Below, one piece after another: positions 25,141 through 34,007 of a DNA stretch of 64,000 nucleotides. Location: positions 1,880-65,879 of the forward strand of contig CAYFLU010000001.1 in NCBI GenBank assembly GCA_964343975.1. The letters run 5' to 3'. Source of the stretch: an uncultured Solibacteraceae bacterium. GTDB taxonomy: Bacteria; Acidobacteriota; Vicinamibacteria; Vicinamibacterales; SCN-69-37. Position numbers and translations under genes: made by a program. How positions within the stretch are numbered: the stretch's first letter is position 1; each line of letters opens with the position of its first letter. The notes beneath the pieces were generated by a model. It searched no databases, was not told the origin of the DNA, and was given only the letters and a program-made list of their open reading frames with translations.

Positions 25141-25611
25141 TTAGCGGGTCTTCTGCGGCGCCATCGCGCGGACCTTCTCGACGGCGCTGGCGATGCGGCG
25201 CGCACGCGTTTCAGGCTTCTTCGCGTCGGCGATGGCCTCGACCCATTCGCGCTTGTGCGTGTAGCTCATCGCCGCCCAGCGGTCCCACGCCGGCGGCGCT
25301 GCCTTCAGCGCCTTCACCAGATCCGGCTGCGGCTTCACGTCGCGCTTCGCGGCGTCGAGCGTGAGGGTCACACTGATCGTCTCGCCACCGTCGAGCCTGG
25401 CGGCTTCGCGATTGCTCTTCCGCAGCGGCACCCACGGCGATCCACCCATCGTCGTGATCGTGCTCGCGAAGGTGTAACCGTTGATCGTGACCTTCACGGG
25501 CGCGCGCGTTTTGCCGAAGACAACCTTCGGATCAAACGTCACCGGCACGCAACACATCGAGCCGTCGCGCAGGATCGTGGTCTTGAAGGTCTTGGAAATG
25601 GCGGTGGGCAC
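25141..25611 (-). CDS. DUF1905 + YdeI/OmpD-associated family protein
   Basis: Contains 'PVKVTINGYTFASTI' and 'MSYTHKREWVEAIADAKKPETRARRI'. Confidence 0.8.
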   Translation of the reverse strand: MPTAISKTFKTTILRDGSMCCVPVTFDPKVVFGKTRAPVKVTINGYTFASTITTMGGSPWVPLRKSNREAARLDGGETISVTLTLDAAKRDVKPQPDLVKALKAAPPAWDRWAAMSYTHKREWVEAIADAKKPETRARRIASAVEKVRAMAPQKTR

Positions 25612-25616
25612 GGGCG

Positions 25617-26108
25617 CTATTTTCGCAGAGCTCGACGCTGGCGTGGCTGTTGTTTCGCGGACACGGAGCGAATGATGAGCCGGCCTCGCCCGCGCGTGGG
25701 AAACGGCACGTCGGAATCGGCAATCGCGGCGGCGATCAGGGCTTCGAGATCGGGATCCTTCAACGCCTCAGCCGAGGCGAGCCGAATCGACCGCACCTGA
25801 TTGCCCGAGCCCTTGAGGATCTTCGTCGGGTCTTTCAGTTTCGCGCCGTACAGAAAGCAGAGGCTCACCGCGTCGGCCCGCGCGGCGATCGAGAATGGCG
25901 CATCGCTCGGCCGTTCAGTCGGCCCGTAGCCGATCACGAAGAAGTTGTAGTTGTCGTACACCAGCTCGTTCGCCGTCGGCAGGCGCTTGCGCATGGCCGC
26001 GCGCACCGATCGGATCCGCTTCTGGTCGGCGGGCGAGAACTTCGCGATGAAGCTCCGGAGCTGCGCGTCAGGAGACATCGTCCGCGGCGCCTTTGCGGTT
26101 TTGACCAT
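25617..26108 (-). CDS. DUF1801 domain protein
   Basis: 163 aa from the ATG at 26108; contains 'VYDNYNFFVIGYGPTERPSDAPFSIAARADAVSLCF'. Confidence 0.75.
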   Translation of the reverse strand: MVKTAKAPRTMSPDAQLRSFIAKFSPADQKRIRSVRAAMRKRLPTANELVYDNYNFFVIGYGPTERPSDAPFSIAARADAVSLCFLYGAKLKDPTKILKGSGNQVRSIRLASAEALKDPDLEALIAAAIADSDVPFPTRGRGRLIIRSVSAKQQPRQRRALRK

Positions 26109-26131
26109 CGTCGATGCTCCTTCCGCCGACT

Positions 26132-26545
26132 CTACGACGGATCGTCGTCCCACGCCACCGCGCTGATGCGCCACCCCGCCGCGGTCTTAATGAACTGGAG
26201 TGTCTTCGTGCCGGTGGCGTGAAAGGCGACACCGTTCAGGCGGCCGGACTTCTCGTATGTGCACCAGCGCTGCGCGATGTGGCCGAAGATCTCGGTGCGA
26301 TGGCTCGATTCTCGCTCTGAAAACTCCGCGAGCGTGCCATCCGTGAGGATCACCCGACGCGGCGCCACGAAGTGCGCGAGCGACATCACCTCCGGCGCAT
26401 CACCCACGCACTTCGAAATCACCGCCTGCGGAATGCAGACCTCATCAATCAGGTGCAGTGCGGGCGCGCCCGTGCGGTTGTCGAAGGCCGAAAAGAACGC
26501 CGCGGTGAGGGCGTCGATGGCGGCAAGGTCCTGCGCTAGAGACAT
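26132..26545 (-). CDS. SnoaL/DUF4440-like (NTF2 fold) protein
   Basis: 137 aa. 'IDALTAAFFSAFDN' and the C-terminal 'GWRISAVAWDD' are typical of NTF2-like small proteins. Confidence 0.65.
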   Translation of the reverse strand: MSLAQDLAAIDALTAAFFSAFDNRTGAPALHLIDEVCIPQAVISKCVGDAPEVMSLAHFVAPRRVILTDGTLAEFSERESSHRTEIFGHIAQRWCTYEKSGRLNGVAFHATGTKTLQFIKTAAGWRISAVAWDDDPS

Positions 26546-26548
26546 TGA

Positions 26549-26764
26549 CTAGCGCTTCTTCCCGAGCCACTGGCCGATGACCACCGGGCCAAAGATAAGC
26601 GCGAGCATCCCAGCGGGCACGACCACCTGCAGAAGCGGTCGCACCATGCTCCCGCCCGTCACGTACGCCGTCACAGTCATGAGCAGCAGTGCGGCAAGAC
26701 GGAAGGAGAGCCGCTTCAGCGCATAGGCTCGGAATTCCGGTGACGGCTCAGGCTGTTCAAACAT
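26549..26764 (-). CDS. Small two-TM membrane protein
   Basis: 71 aa with two hydrophobic helices and a basic C-terminus 'GKKR'. It is tightly packed between neighbouring genes. Confidence 0.5.
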   Translation of the reverse strand: MFEQPEPSPEFRAYALKRLSFRLAALLLMTVTAYVTGGSMVRPLLQVVVPAGMLALIFGPVVIGQWLGKKR

Positions 26765-26792
26765 GCCAGTTCCCCTGGACAGGGGGACGGTA

Positions 26793-27272
26793 TCACGCCT
26801 TCGTCAGCGCGGTCTTCGCCAGCTTGCAGACGATCTCGAACTCGTCTTTGGTGACGGATTGCACCGACAGGCGGTTGCCTTTCTTGATCACGCCCATGTC
26901 TTCGAGGCCCTTCGCGGTCTTCAGGGTCTCGAGTGCGACGGTGCCTTTGAAGTTCTTCACGAAGCCGATGTCGACCTGGAACCAGGTGGGGTTGGCCTTG
27001 TCGCTGTCTTCGTCGTAGTAGTGGCTCTTCTTGTCGAAGGCCGACGCATCGGGATAGCCGGCCTTCACGATCTTCGCGAGGCCCGTCACACCGCTCGGTT
27101 CGGCGTTCGAGGCGTAGAACAACACCTCGTCGCCGACCTGCATGTCGTTCTTCATGTAGTTGCGCGCCTTGTAGTTGCGCACGCCTTCCCAGTTCGTCTT
27201 GCCGTCCTTCTCGAGCTGGTCGATCGTGTAGGCCGACGGCTCGACCTTCATGAGCCAGTACTGCTTCGCCAT
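26793..27272 (-). CDS. EVE (PUA-like) domain protein
   Basis: 159 aa from the ATG at 27272; contains 'YWLMKVEPSAYTIDQL...TNWEGVRNYKARNYM...GDEVLFYASN'. Confidence 0.85.
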   Translation of the reverse strand: MAKQYWLMKVEPSAYTIDQLEKDGKTNWEGVRNYKARNYMKNDMQVGDEVLFYASNAEPSGVTGLAKIVKAGYPDASAFDKKSHYYDEDSDKANPTWFQVDIGFVKNFKGTVALETLKTAKGLEDMGVIKKGNRLSVQSVTKDEFEIVCKLAKTALTKA

Positions 27273-27273
27273 G

Positions 27274-27882
27274 TCAGCTTCTCCGGTACGGAATCTCGGT
27301 GAAGGGCGGCAGCTTGGCCGCCTTGATGATGTGCATGAGGCCGTCGCGCGAGTGGAACTCGATGCCGTCGCGATCAACGACCACCGTGTTCGGATACTGC
27401 GGCGCGAGTCGGCGGAACTCCGCGTCGATCAAGCGAAAGCGCTGCACCATGCGCTCCACCTCTTCATGCGGACGGTTGCGCAACCGGATGTGTTTCTCGA
27501 TCGTGTTCGCGTGCGAGGTGAGCACGATCGTGCGGTCCGGGTTCCACTCATCGCCGAGGGCCAGCAGCTCCCGCAGCGCGGCGTGATCGCCGGCCGGGTA
27601 TTCCGCGATGTGGGCTTCGAGCGTCAGACGCGAGCCTTCGAAGAAGATGATGCGGTCGGGCGAATCGTGCGCGGCCGCGTCGCGATAGTTCGCGTCGTAG
27701 AGCTCGGCGAAGTACCGCGTCACGCCGACGGCGTTCACGCCCTGCTCGATATCGGCGAGCACGTCCGGATCCCAGACGCCGCCTTCACCCTCGCCGTACG
27801 CGCCATTGCGATAGAGATCGCCCAGCTGGCGCAACAGCGTGCTCTTGCCGATGCCGGGGCCGCCGACGATCGCTACTCGCAT
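27274..27882 (-). CDS. P-loop kinase-like protein (deoxynucleoside/nucleotide-kinase-like)
   Basis: P-loop 'IVGGPGIGKSTL', 'FFEGSRLT' (ERS-like) and a lid-like 'IRLRNRPHEE'. Its stop lies 1 nt before the EVE start, and its start lies 3 nt after the MFS stop. Confidence 0.7.
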   Translation of the reverse strand: MRVAIVGGPGIGKSTLLRQLGDLYRNGAYGEGEGGVWDPDVLADIEQGVNAVGVTRYFAELYDANYRDAAAHDSPDRIIFFEGSRLTLEAHIAEYPAGDHAALRELLALGDEWNPDRTIVLTSHANTIEKHIRLRNRPHEEVERMVQRFRLIDAEFRRLAPQYPNTVVVDRDGIEFHSRDGLMHIIKAAKLPPFTEIPYRRS

Positions 27883-27885
27883 GGT

Positions 27886-29073
27886 TCACGCATTGTAGTG
27901 CGGCCGCAGGTTCGGCAGCCAAAACGCAAGCAAACCCAGCGCCGGCAGGAACGCGCACACGTGATACACGAACGTGATGCTCGTATGGTCGGCGAGAACG
28001 CCCAACGCGGCCGCGCCAATGCCGCCCACGCCGAATGCGAAGCCAAAGAACACGCCGGAGATCAACCCGACACGATGCGGCACGAGTTCCTGCGCGAACA
28101 CGAGAATCGCCGAGAACGCCGACGACAGCACCAGACCAATGATGATGCTCAGCACCGTCGTCCAGAACAGATCCATGTACGGCAGCACGAGCGTGAACGG
28201 CAACACGCCGGCAATCGACGCAATGATCACCGGTCTTCGGCCGATGCGATCGCCGATCGGCCCGCCCATGAACGTGCCGGCCGCCACCGCGCCGAGAAAC
28301 GCGAAGAGATGCAACTGCGCATCGCGCGTGCTCAGGTGGAACTTCTGAATGAGGAAGAACATGTAGTAGCTCGTGAAGCTCGTCATGTAGACGTATTTCG
28401 ACAGCACGAGTGTGAACAAAATGATCAGGGCGCCGCGCACGTGCGCCCGCGACGGCGCGTCCGCGCCCACCCTCGCTCGCGCGATGGGCTTCGGCATGCC
28501 GATGCGCTGATACCAGGCGCCAATACGGCCGAGCAGCAGAATCGCGACGAACGCCACGATCGAGAACCACGCCAGGCTGTGCTGGCCGCGCGGCAACACG
28601 ACGAACGCCGCCAGGAGCGGCCCGAGCGACGTGCCGAAGTTGCCGCCGGTCTGAAACAGCGACTGCGCCAACCCATGCTTGCCGCCCGACGCAATGCGCG
28701 CCAACCGCGACGACTCAGGATGGAAGATCGCCGAACCCACACCCACCGTGGCGGCGGCCAACAAGAGCGACACGAACGTCGACGCGCGCGACAGTAGCAC
28801 GAGCCCGGTCAGCGTGAACATCATGCCGATCGCGAGCGAGTACGCCTTCGGATGACGGTCGGTGTAGAACCCCACGAGCGGCTGCAAGAGCGACGAGGTG
28901 GTCTGGTTCGTGAGCGTGATGGTGCCAATCTGCCAGAAGCTCAGCGCGTACGTGTCTTTCAGCAGCGGGTAGAGCGACGGCAGAAGCGCCTGCAGCATGT
29001 CGTTGAGCAGGTGGCTCACGCTGAGGCCGATCAGGACGGCGAGGACGGTGCGCTGCGGCGGTGTGGGCGTCAC
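27886..29073 (-). CDS. MFS transporter (Fsr-like)
   Basis: About 12 TM segments; 'GFYTDRHPKAY' and 'GPIGDRIGRRPVI' are MFS loop motifs. I place the start at GTG 29073 (GTGA overlap with the methyltransferase stop); the alternative ATG is at 29136. Confidence 0.85.
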   Translation of the reverse strand: MTPTPPQRTVLAVLIGLSVSHLLNDMLQALLPSLYPLLKDTYALSFWQIGTITLTNQTTSSLLQPLVGFYTDRHPKAYSLAIGMMFTLTGLVLLSRASTFVSLLLAAATVGVGSAIFHPESSRLARIASGGKHGLAQSLFQTGGNFGTSLGPLLAAFVVLPRGQHSLAWFSIVAFVAILLLGRIGAWYQRIGMPKPIARARVGADAPSRAHVRGALIILFTLVLSKYVYMTSFTSYYMFFLIQKFHLSTRDAQLHLFAFLGAVAAGTFMGGPIGDRIGRRPVIIASIAGVLPFTLVLPYMDLFWTTVLSIIIGLVLSSAFSAILVFAQELVPHRVGLISGVFFGFAFGVGGIGAAALGVLADHTSITFVYHVCAFLPALGLLAFWLPNLRPHYNA

Positions 29074-29738
29074 TCGGGCGCGCCGATCAACAGCCGGTTC
29101 TTCGGAGTAATTTCCATCGGGATGGACTGCGTCCATACATTGTAGTGGTGTCGGCGCAGCCGTTCCGCACGAAGCAGATCCATCGCGAGCGGCCCATCCA
29201 CCCACCCAGTAATCCCGCCCGTGTTCGCACCCTTCAGATCGTGACAGCACGGCAACACAGCCACTCGCGCGCGCACGAACGTCGCGCGCTCGAGCACCGT
29301 GTCCGTCAGCGCGCCACACGCATGGCACGACACGATCACATCGCTCGGCTCCAGCACCACATCGTCGATCGCCTCCACACGAAACTTGACGCGATGCGCG
29401 AGCCGGGGCCACGCCTCGACGATGGCCGCGTGCAGTTTCTGCGCGGACGGCGGAATCGCGGGATCGACGACGATCGCGTAGGGCGAGGTGTCGTCGAGCA
29501 GCAGCATGATGTGCGCGAGCAGCCCGTGGCCGCCGGCGAGATCCACGACGCGGCCGCCGCGGAAGAGGCGGCGCACGCGCTTCGCGGTTTCCCACGCTTC
29601 GTACAGTTCCTTGCGCGGTAAGCAGCCGGCCGCGCACACGGCACGGGCAATGCGATCAAAGAGCGTCGTGGACGTGAAGCGGCCGAGGTCGTGCGCGGTG
29701 AGCCGCGCCTTCGAGGAGGGATCGAAGCGGCTCACCAC
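29070..29738 (-). CDS. SAM-dependent methyltransferase, Methyltransf_32-like
   Basis: Contains 'VVDLAGGHGLLA', 'SCHACGALTD' and 'LPCCHD'. GTG start at 29738. Confidence 0.7.
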   Translation of the reverse strand: MVSRFDPSSKARLTAHDLGRFTSTTLFDRIARAVCAAGCLPRKELYEAWETAKRVRRLFRGGRVVDLAGGHGLLAHIMLLLDDTSPYAIVVDPAIPPSAQKLHAAIVEAWPRLAHRVKFRVEAIDDVVLEPSDVIVSCHACGALTDTVLERATFVRARVAVLPCCHDLKGANTGGITGWVDGPLAMDLLRAERLRRHHYNVWTQSIPMEITPKNRLLIGAPE

Positions 29739-30130
29739 AGGCTGGCGACGTGCGCATAGTCGCGAATGCGCTCATCCTTCGTGACCACCGTGGCCTGATG
29801 CCAGCGCGCCGTCGCCACGATGATCTGGTCGGCCGGATCGCCATGGAAGGGCGCCGGCAGTTCGCAGCTCTCGATGAGAATGTCAGGAGTGAGCTCAGCG
29901 AGATGCAGCCCCGGCATGCGCGAGGCTTGGCTGATCCACATGCGGACCGGCCGATCGAACACGAGCTGCTGCTTCTCGGCCTTCTTTGCGATTTCCCACA
30001 CCGACATCGCGGACACCATCACGTCGCCGGTCTTCGACGCACGCCGGATGGCCATCGCAGCGGATTTCGACAGGCGGCGATCTTCGGTGACCCACCAGAG
30101 CCACGCGTGCGTATCAAGAACGATCCGCAT
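29732..30130 (-). CDS. vapC: PIN-domain toxin (VapC family)
   Basis: Contains 'MRIVLDTHAWLWW', 'SVWEI' and 'DPADQIIVATA'. Confidence 0.85.
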   Translation of the reverse strand: MRIVLDTHAWLWWVTEDRRLSKSAAMAIRRASKTGDVMVSAMSVWEIAKKAEKQQLVFDRPVRMWISQASRMPGLHLAELTPDILIESCELPAPFHGDPADQIIVATARWHQATVVTKDERIRDYAHVASLW

Positions 30131-30341
30131 GCCAGCGCTCTCCCGTGGAGAATGGGTCGGCGGACTCCTTCAGGACGCTGCCCGCGAGTGACGAACCAGA
30201 CTCCGACGGTGCGGTAAAGGGCATCAGCGTGGCGATCGGGCGGCCACGTTTGGTCACGACCACCGGCGAACGGCTGGCGGCCACGCGGTCGAGCACCTTC
30301 AGGCACTGATCTTTGAATTTGCCTGCGGCCATTCTGGTCAT
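30114..30341 (-). CDS. Phd/YefM-type antitoxin
   Basis: 75 aa; contains 'AAGKFKDQCLKVLDRVAASRSPVVVTKRGRPIATLMP'. It overlaps vapC by 17 nt. Confidence 0.8.
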   Translation of the reverse strand: MTRMAAGKFKDQCLKVLDRVAASRSPVVVTKRGRPIATLMPFTAPSESGSSLAGSVLKESADPFSTGERWHADRS

Positions 30342-30344
30342 ATA

Positions 30345-30368
30345 GCCATATGGCCATAGCCATATGGC
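30345..30368. promoter_or_regulatory. Two copies of the 10-bp palindrome GCCATATGGC (30345-54 and 30359-68); putative antitoxin operator
   Basis: Read directly. The element lies 4-27 nt upstream of the antitoxin ATG, in an AT-rich patch. Confidence 0.55.
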
Positions 30369-30381
30369 TATGTCAAGATCG

Positions 30382-32145
30382 CTATCTGATCACGAGGTTC
30401 TGCACTTTGCGTTCGCCGGGTACGAGCGTGATCGGCGTGCCCGCGGCGAGGAGCTGATTCAGCAGCGCCGGGTCGTACTGCTCGTCTTTGCTGATGTCGG
30501 TGACGGCGGCGAGCACGTACTGCCCGGGCGGCAGCGACGCGATGCCGCTGTTGCCGAGCGTAAACGTGCCGTCACTCGCGGGTCGGGCCGTCGCGATGCG
30601 ACGTGAGCCAAAGGTCCAGTAGTTCTTGTCCGCAGGGAAAATCACGACGGTGTAGTCGATTGCGGGTTGGCCTTCACCGTTCTGGAGCTTCCCCGACACA
30701 CCCTGCCACTTGTCGGTGAGCGTCACAACGAGCGCCTTCGGCAATGTCTCGGGGGTGATGTCCACGGGTAGATCGGTGATGTCGCGGCCATCCGCGACGA
30801 TCGATTGCAGTGTCCACGTCGTCGTTGCCGCATTCGGTCCGAGATACGCGGAGCCACCGAAGAGATATCGGCCGGGCGTGAGACCGGTGACCAGGAACGA
30901 GCCGTCCGACATGCTCGGCGTCGCGATGGGACGTGCACCCGGGCCCGCGCCATTGGGCACCGTCTGTGTTGACAGTGACGTGAACGGCGCGGTCAGTCCC
31001 GCCGGCGACGGCGGCGACGCGCCGTCGAACCGCATCACACCGGGTATCGACATGAGCGCGCGCATGACGACGTTCACGCTCGTGTCGCCAGTGACGTCCA
31101 CGGAAGCAAACCCGAAAAGACCCGCGGGTCGTTGTGACGTCGCGATCAGCGCATAGGTGCCTGGCGGGATGTCGGACAACAGGAATCTCCCGTCCGCCAA
31201 AACCTGAGCGCCGTACGTCGTCGAGAACGCGCCGCCACTTGTCATGATGACGGCGGCCTGCCGCAGTGGTTGTCCGTCCGCCGTGACCACGGTGCCGTCG
31301 ACCCGCGCTCCCGAAACGCGATCCACGCGGATGTCTATGCCCGAGCGCTCATCACCGGGGCTCATGGTGAGCACGCTTGCGTCGCTCGCGCGCGCCACGC
31401 CGGGATAGAAGTACGCGATCGTGCGACCGATCGGTCCGGCCGGCGTCGACGCGGGCAGATCACCCGCGGCATTCGCCGCCGCGCGCAACGCCGCATCCAC
31501 GTCGCTCTCGGACAGCGCCCGCGGCCGAAACGGCGGCGCACCCGGACGCACCGCCGACACAACGTAGTCGCCGGGCGGCAACCCGTAAATGCGGTAGCGC
31601 CCCAGATCATCGGTCGGCACCATCCCGCCCGTCGTCACGAGCGCCGTCTCGCCATTGCGTGTCTGCCGTCGCTGCGCCATGACGAGCGCCGACGCCGGCT
31701 GATTCATGTCGTCGGTGATCGTGCCGGCGATTACCGCCGCCAACGGCAAGCGAATCGTCAGCGTGGTGTTGCTGGCGCCGTTGGCGACGACGACGGTCGA
31801 TCCCGGGCGCGCCGCGCGCTTCGCGCCCGCAACGGCCCCGAGGTACGGCGCCTTGCTCGCCGCCACGGTGTACGCGTCCGCCGGAAGATTCGTGAACAGA
31901 AACCGGCCGTCGCTGTCCGTCGAGGTCACACGCAGCACACCGGTGAACGCGCCGATCGCCACCACGGTCGCCACACGCAGCGGCTTCGATGAGGCGTCCG
32001 CCACCACCACGCCACCGAGCGCCGCCGTGCCCGTCGGGGTCGTCGACGCGCCGGGCGTCGGCGGAGCGTCGCGCACTTGCGCGGCGACGCCAAGCGGCCA
32101 CATGCACATCGCGACGACGACGCCGGTGCGCATCCAGCGCGTCAT
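30382..32145 (-). CDS. Carboxypeptidase-regulatory-like domain protein (exported)
   Basis: 587 aa with a signal peptide and repeated 'G.V.D..G.P...A.V......T.sD..GrF.f..L.pG.Y' units. Confidence 0.8.
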   Translation of the reverse strand: MTRWMRTGVVVAMCMWPLGVAAQVRDAPPTPGASTTPTGTAALGGVVVADASSKPLRVATVVAIGAFTGVLRVTSTDSDGRFLFTNLPADAYTVAASKAPYLGAVAGAKRAARPGSTVVVANGASNTTLTIRLPLAAVIAGTITDDMNQPASALVMAQRRQTRNGETALVTTGGMVPTDDLGRYRIYGLPPGDYVVSAVRPGAPPFRPRALSESDVDAALRAAANAAGDLPASTPAGPIGRTIAYFYPGVARASDASVLTMSPGDERSGIDIRVDRVSGARVDGTVVTADGQPLRQAAVIMTSGGAFSTTYGAQVLADGRFLLSDIPPGTYALIATSQRPAGLFGFASVDVTGDTSVNVVMRALMSIPGVMRFDGASPPSPAGLTAPFTSLSTQTVPNGAGPGARPIATPSMSDGSFLVTGLTPGRYLFGGSAYLGPNAATTTWTLQSIVADGRDITDLPVDITPETLPKALVVTLTDKWQGVSGKLQNGEGQPAIDYTVVIFPADKNYWTFGSRRIATARPASDGTFTLGNSGIASLPPGQYVLAAVTDISKDEQYDPALLNQLLAAGTPITLVPGERKVQNLVIR

Positions 32146-34007
32146 CGCTTCACCTCCACGGTCTTGCGTTCACCCGGCGCGAGCGTGATGCGCGTCGCCA
32201 GACGACTCCACAACTCGAGGCGCTCAGGATCGAGCCAGTCGGCTGCCTGCATATCAGGCACGGTAACAAGCAGATACTCACCGTCGGGCAGACCCGCCAT
32301 CGTGAACGCGCCGGCACGTGACGCGACCGCGGAACGAAACCGTCGCGAAGCCGCGCCCAGATCAGACCAGAACCGGCGATCCGCGGGAAACAGCAAGACG
32401 GTGAGGCCATCGGTGCCTCCGCTGCCGGTCACGGTGCCGCGCACGCTGCCATCCAACATCGTCGAGCCCGTCACGACGACGTCACCAATGTCGGTGGTGA
32501 TGTCGACAGACTGATCGAGCACGTCGGTGCCATTGATGTCGATGCTGAGAATGGATTGGGCGGTCGGGCCCTGCGTGACAAAGAGGCGATACCGTCCTGG
32601 CGCGATCGGCAGCCGAAATGTTCCGTCCGCGTTCATCTGCCCGATCGCGCTGATGTTGTTGCTGCCCGGCGTCACCAACGTCGGCGACGCGACCATCAGC
32701 ATGCGCGTGAGTTCCGACGCGGGCGGCAGCGGGCCATCGCCGGCCATCTTCAACCGACCGCTGATGACCGGAAAATCGCGCAGCGACACGGTGAGGTCGG
32801 TGATGTCGCGATCCCCGACGACCATCGGGACCACGGCCACTTTCCGCGGCGCGCCCGGTCCGAATTCGCCCTGATTCGGCGACGCGTTGGCGCGGTTGCC
32901 GACAAACGCGAGCGCCATGCCCGTGGGGCCCGACGTGACGTTTGGTCCCCAGGCCACGCGGAGCACGTAGCGGCCCGACGGCACGTTCGCGAAGTCAAAC
33001 CGGCCGTCGGGTTGCACGACCATCGGCGGAATGCTCCACAACGCCGTCGTGTCGTCACCATCGCCAACCGACGCCAGCGAGAAGGCGGCGGCATTCACGG
33101 GACCGTCGGCGCCGATCACGCGGCCCGAGATGCGCACCGCGCGCACCGCGGGCGTGACGATGTCGATGCCGGCGCGCTCTTCGCCGGAGGCGAGCGGCAC
33201 GCGCTCGGCTCTCACGACGCTCGTGTTATTGGGAAACAGCGACGGCGCAAACGTGCGGAGGCCGTCGTCCAGCGTGGCGGCATCGGCGCCGAGCCGCGCA
33301 GCGCGATTGGCCAACGCCAACAACGGCACCGGCGCGGAGGCGAGTGTGGTGAGCACGGTGCCGTCGAGCGGCATCACATCGCGCTGGCACGCGCAGACCA
33401 GATAGCTTTCGGGCCGAAGATTCGTGATGCGGTAGGCGCCGCGATCGTCGGTGACGGCTTGCGAAGCCGGCGCCAGCACCGCGCGCCCGCTTTGCAGGCT
33501 GCGACCGAACGCGATCACCGTCGTGCCCACCACCGGATCGCCGCCATCGTCGCGCACAGTGCCGCTGAGTGTGGCGAGCTTGACGAGTTGAATCCTCACG
33601 TCGGTCGCGCGCTCGCCGACGGCGAGATCCGTCGTGCGCTGCGTGACCGCGGGCGAGATCGTGGTCCAACCCGGCTTCTGCGCATTGAACGTGAACGCGC
33701 CCGATGCGAGACGCGAAAAGTAGAAGCGGCCCTGTCCGTCGGTGATCACCGGCGCGGGCACCACACCGCCACGGCCACCGCCGCGTGCGCTCATACCGCC
33801 GAGTTGCACGACCACGCCACTCACGCCCTTGCCGGTGGCGGCATCCACGACGGTGCCGGCAATGAATCCGGTCATGCTGTCGTTTTGCGGCACGGTGACC
33901 GGCGATGGGCCGAGCGGATCCGGCTTCTGTGCGGCCCACACACCGGCGCCGGCGGCGACAAGCCACAACCATGCGCAAATCGCGCGTTCACGATGATGGG
34001 GTGACAT
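32142..34007 (-). CDS. Carboxypeptidase-regulatory-like domain protein (exported), paralog of the downstream gene
   Basis: 621 aa with the same repeat style. ATGA overlap with the downstream paralog; GAGGAGG Shine-Dalgarno sequence. Confidence 0.8.
   Translation of the reverse strand: MSPHHRERAICAWLWLVAAGAGVWAAQKPDPLGPSPVTVPQNDSMTGFIAGTVVDAATGKGVSGVVVQLGGMSARGGGRGGVVPAPVITDGQGRFYFSRLASGAFTFNAQKPGWTTISPAVTQRTTDLAVGERATDVRIQLVKLATLSGTVRDDGGDPVVGTTVIAFGRSLQSGRAVLAPASQAVTDDRGAYRITNLRPESYLVCACQRDVMPLDGTVLTTLASAPVPLLALANRAARLGADAATLDDGLRTFAPSLFPNNTSVVRAERVPLASGEERAGIDIVTPAVRAVRISGRVIGADGPVNAAAFSLASVGDGDDTTALWSIPPMVVQPDGRFDFANVPSGRYVLRVAWGPNVTSGPTGMALAFVGNRANASPNQGEFGPGAPRKVAVVPMVVGDRDITDLTVSLRDFPVISGRLKMAGDGPLPPASELTRMLMVASPTLVTPGSNNISAIGQMNADGTFRLPIAPGRYRLFVTQGPTAQSILSIDINGTDVLDQSVDITTDIGDVVVTGSTMLDGSVRGTVTGSGGTDGLTVLLFPADRRFWSDLGAASRRFRSAVASRAGAFTMAGLPDGEYLLVTVPDMQAADWLDPERLELWSRLATRITLAPGERKTVEVKR

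Noticed and set aside
24493-25800. 435-aa plus-strand ORF
   Set aside because: It is antisense to the SDR, trmL, DUF1905 and DUF1801 genes. A single ORF crossing four well-supported genes is an artefact.
27250-28797. 515-aa plus-strand ORF
   Set aside because: It is antisense to the kinase-like and MFS genes and is extremely Arg/His/Glu-rich.
32556-34004. 482-aa plus-strand ORF
   Set aside because: It is antisense to the carboxypeptidase-regulatory-like gene and has Arg/His-rich composition.
30382-34007. The tandem repeat-rich paralogs as targets of a diversity-generating retroelement
   Set aside because: There is no reverse transcriptase, and I found no template/variable repeat pair in or near the genes.
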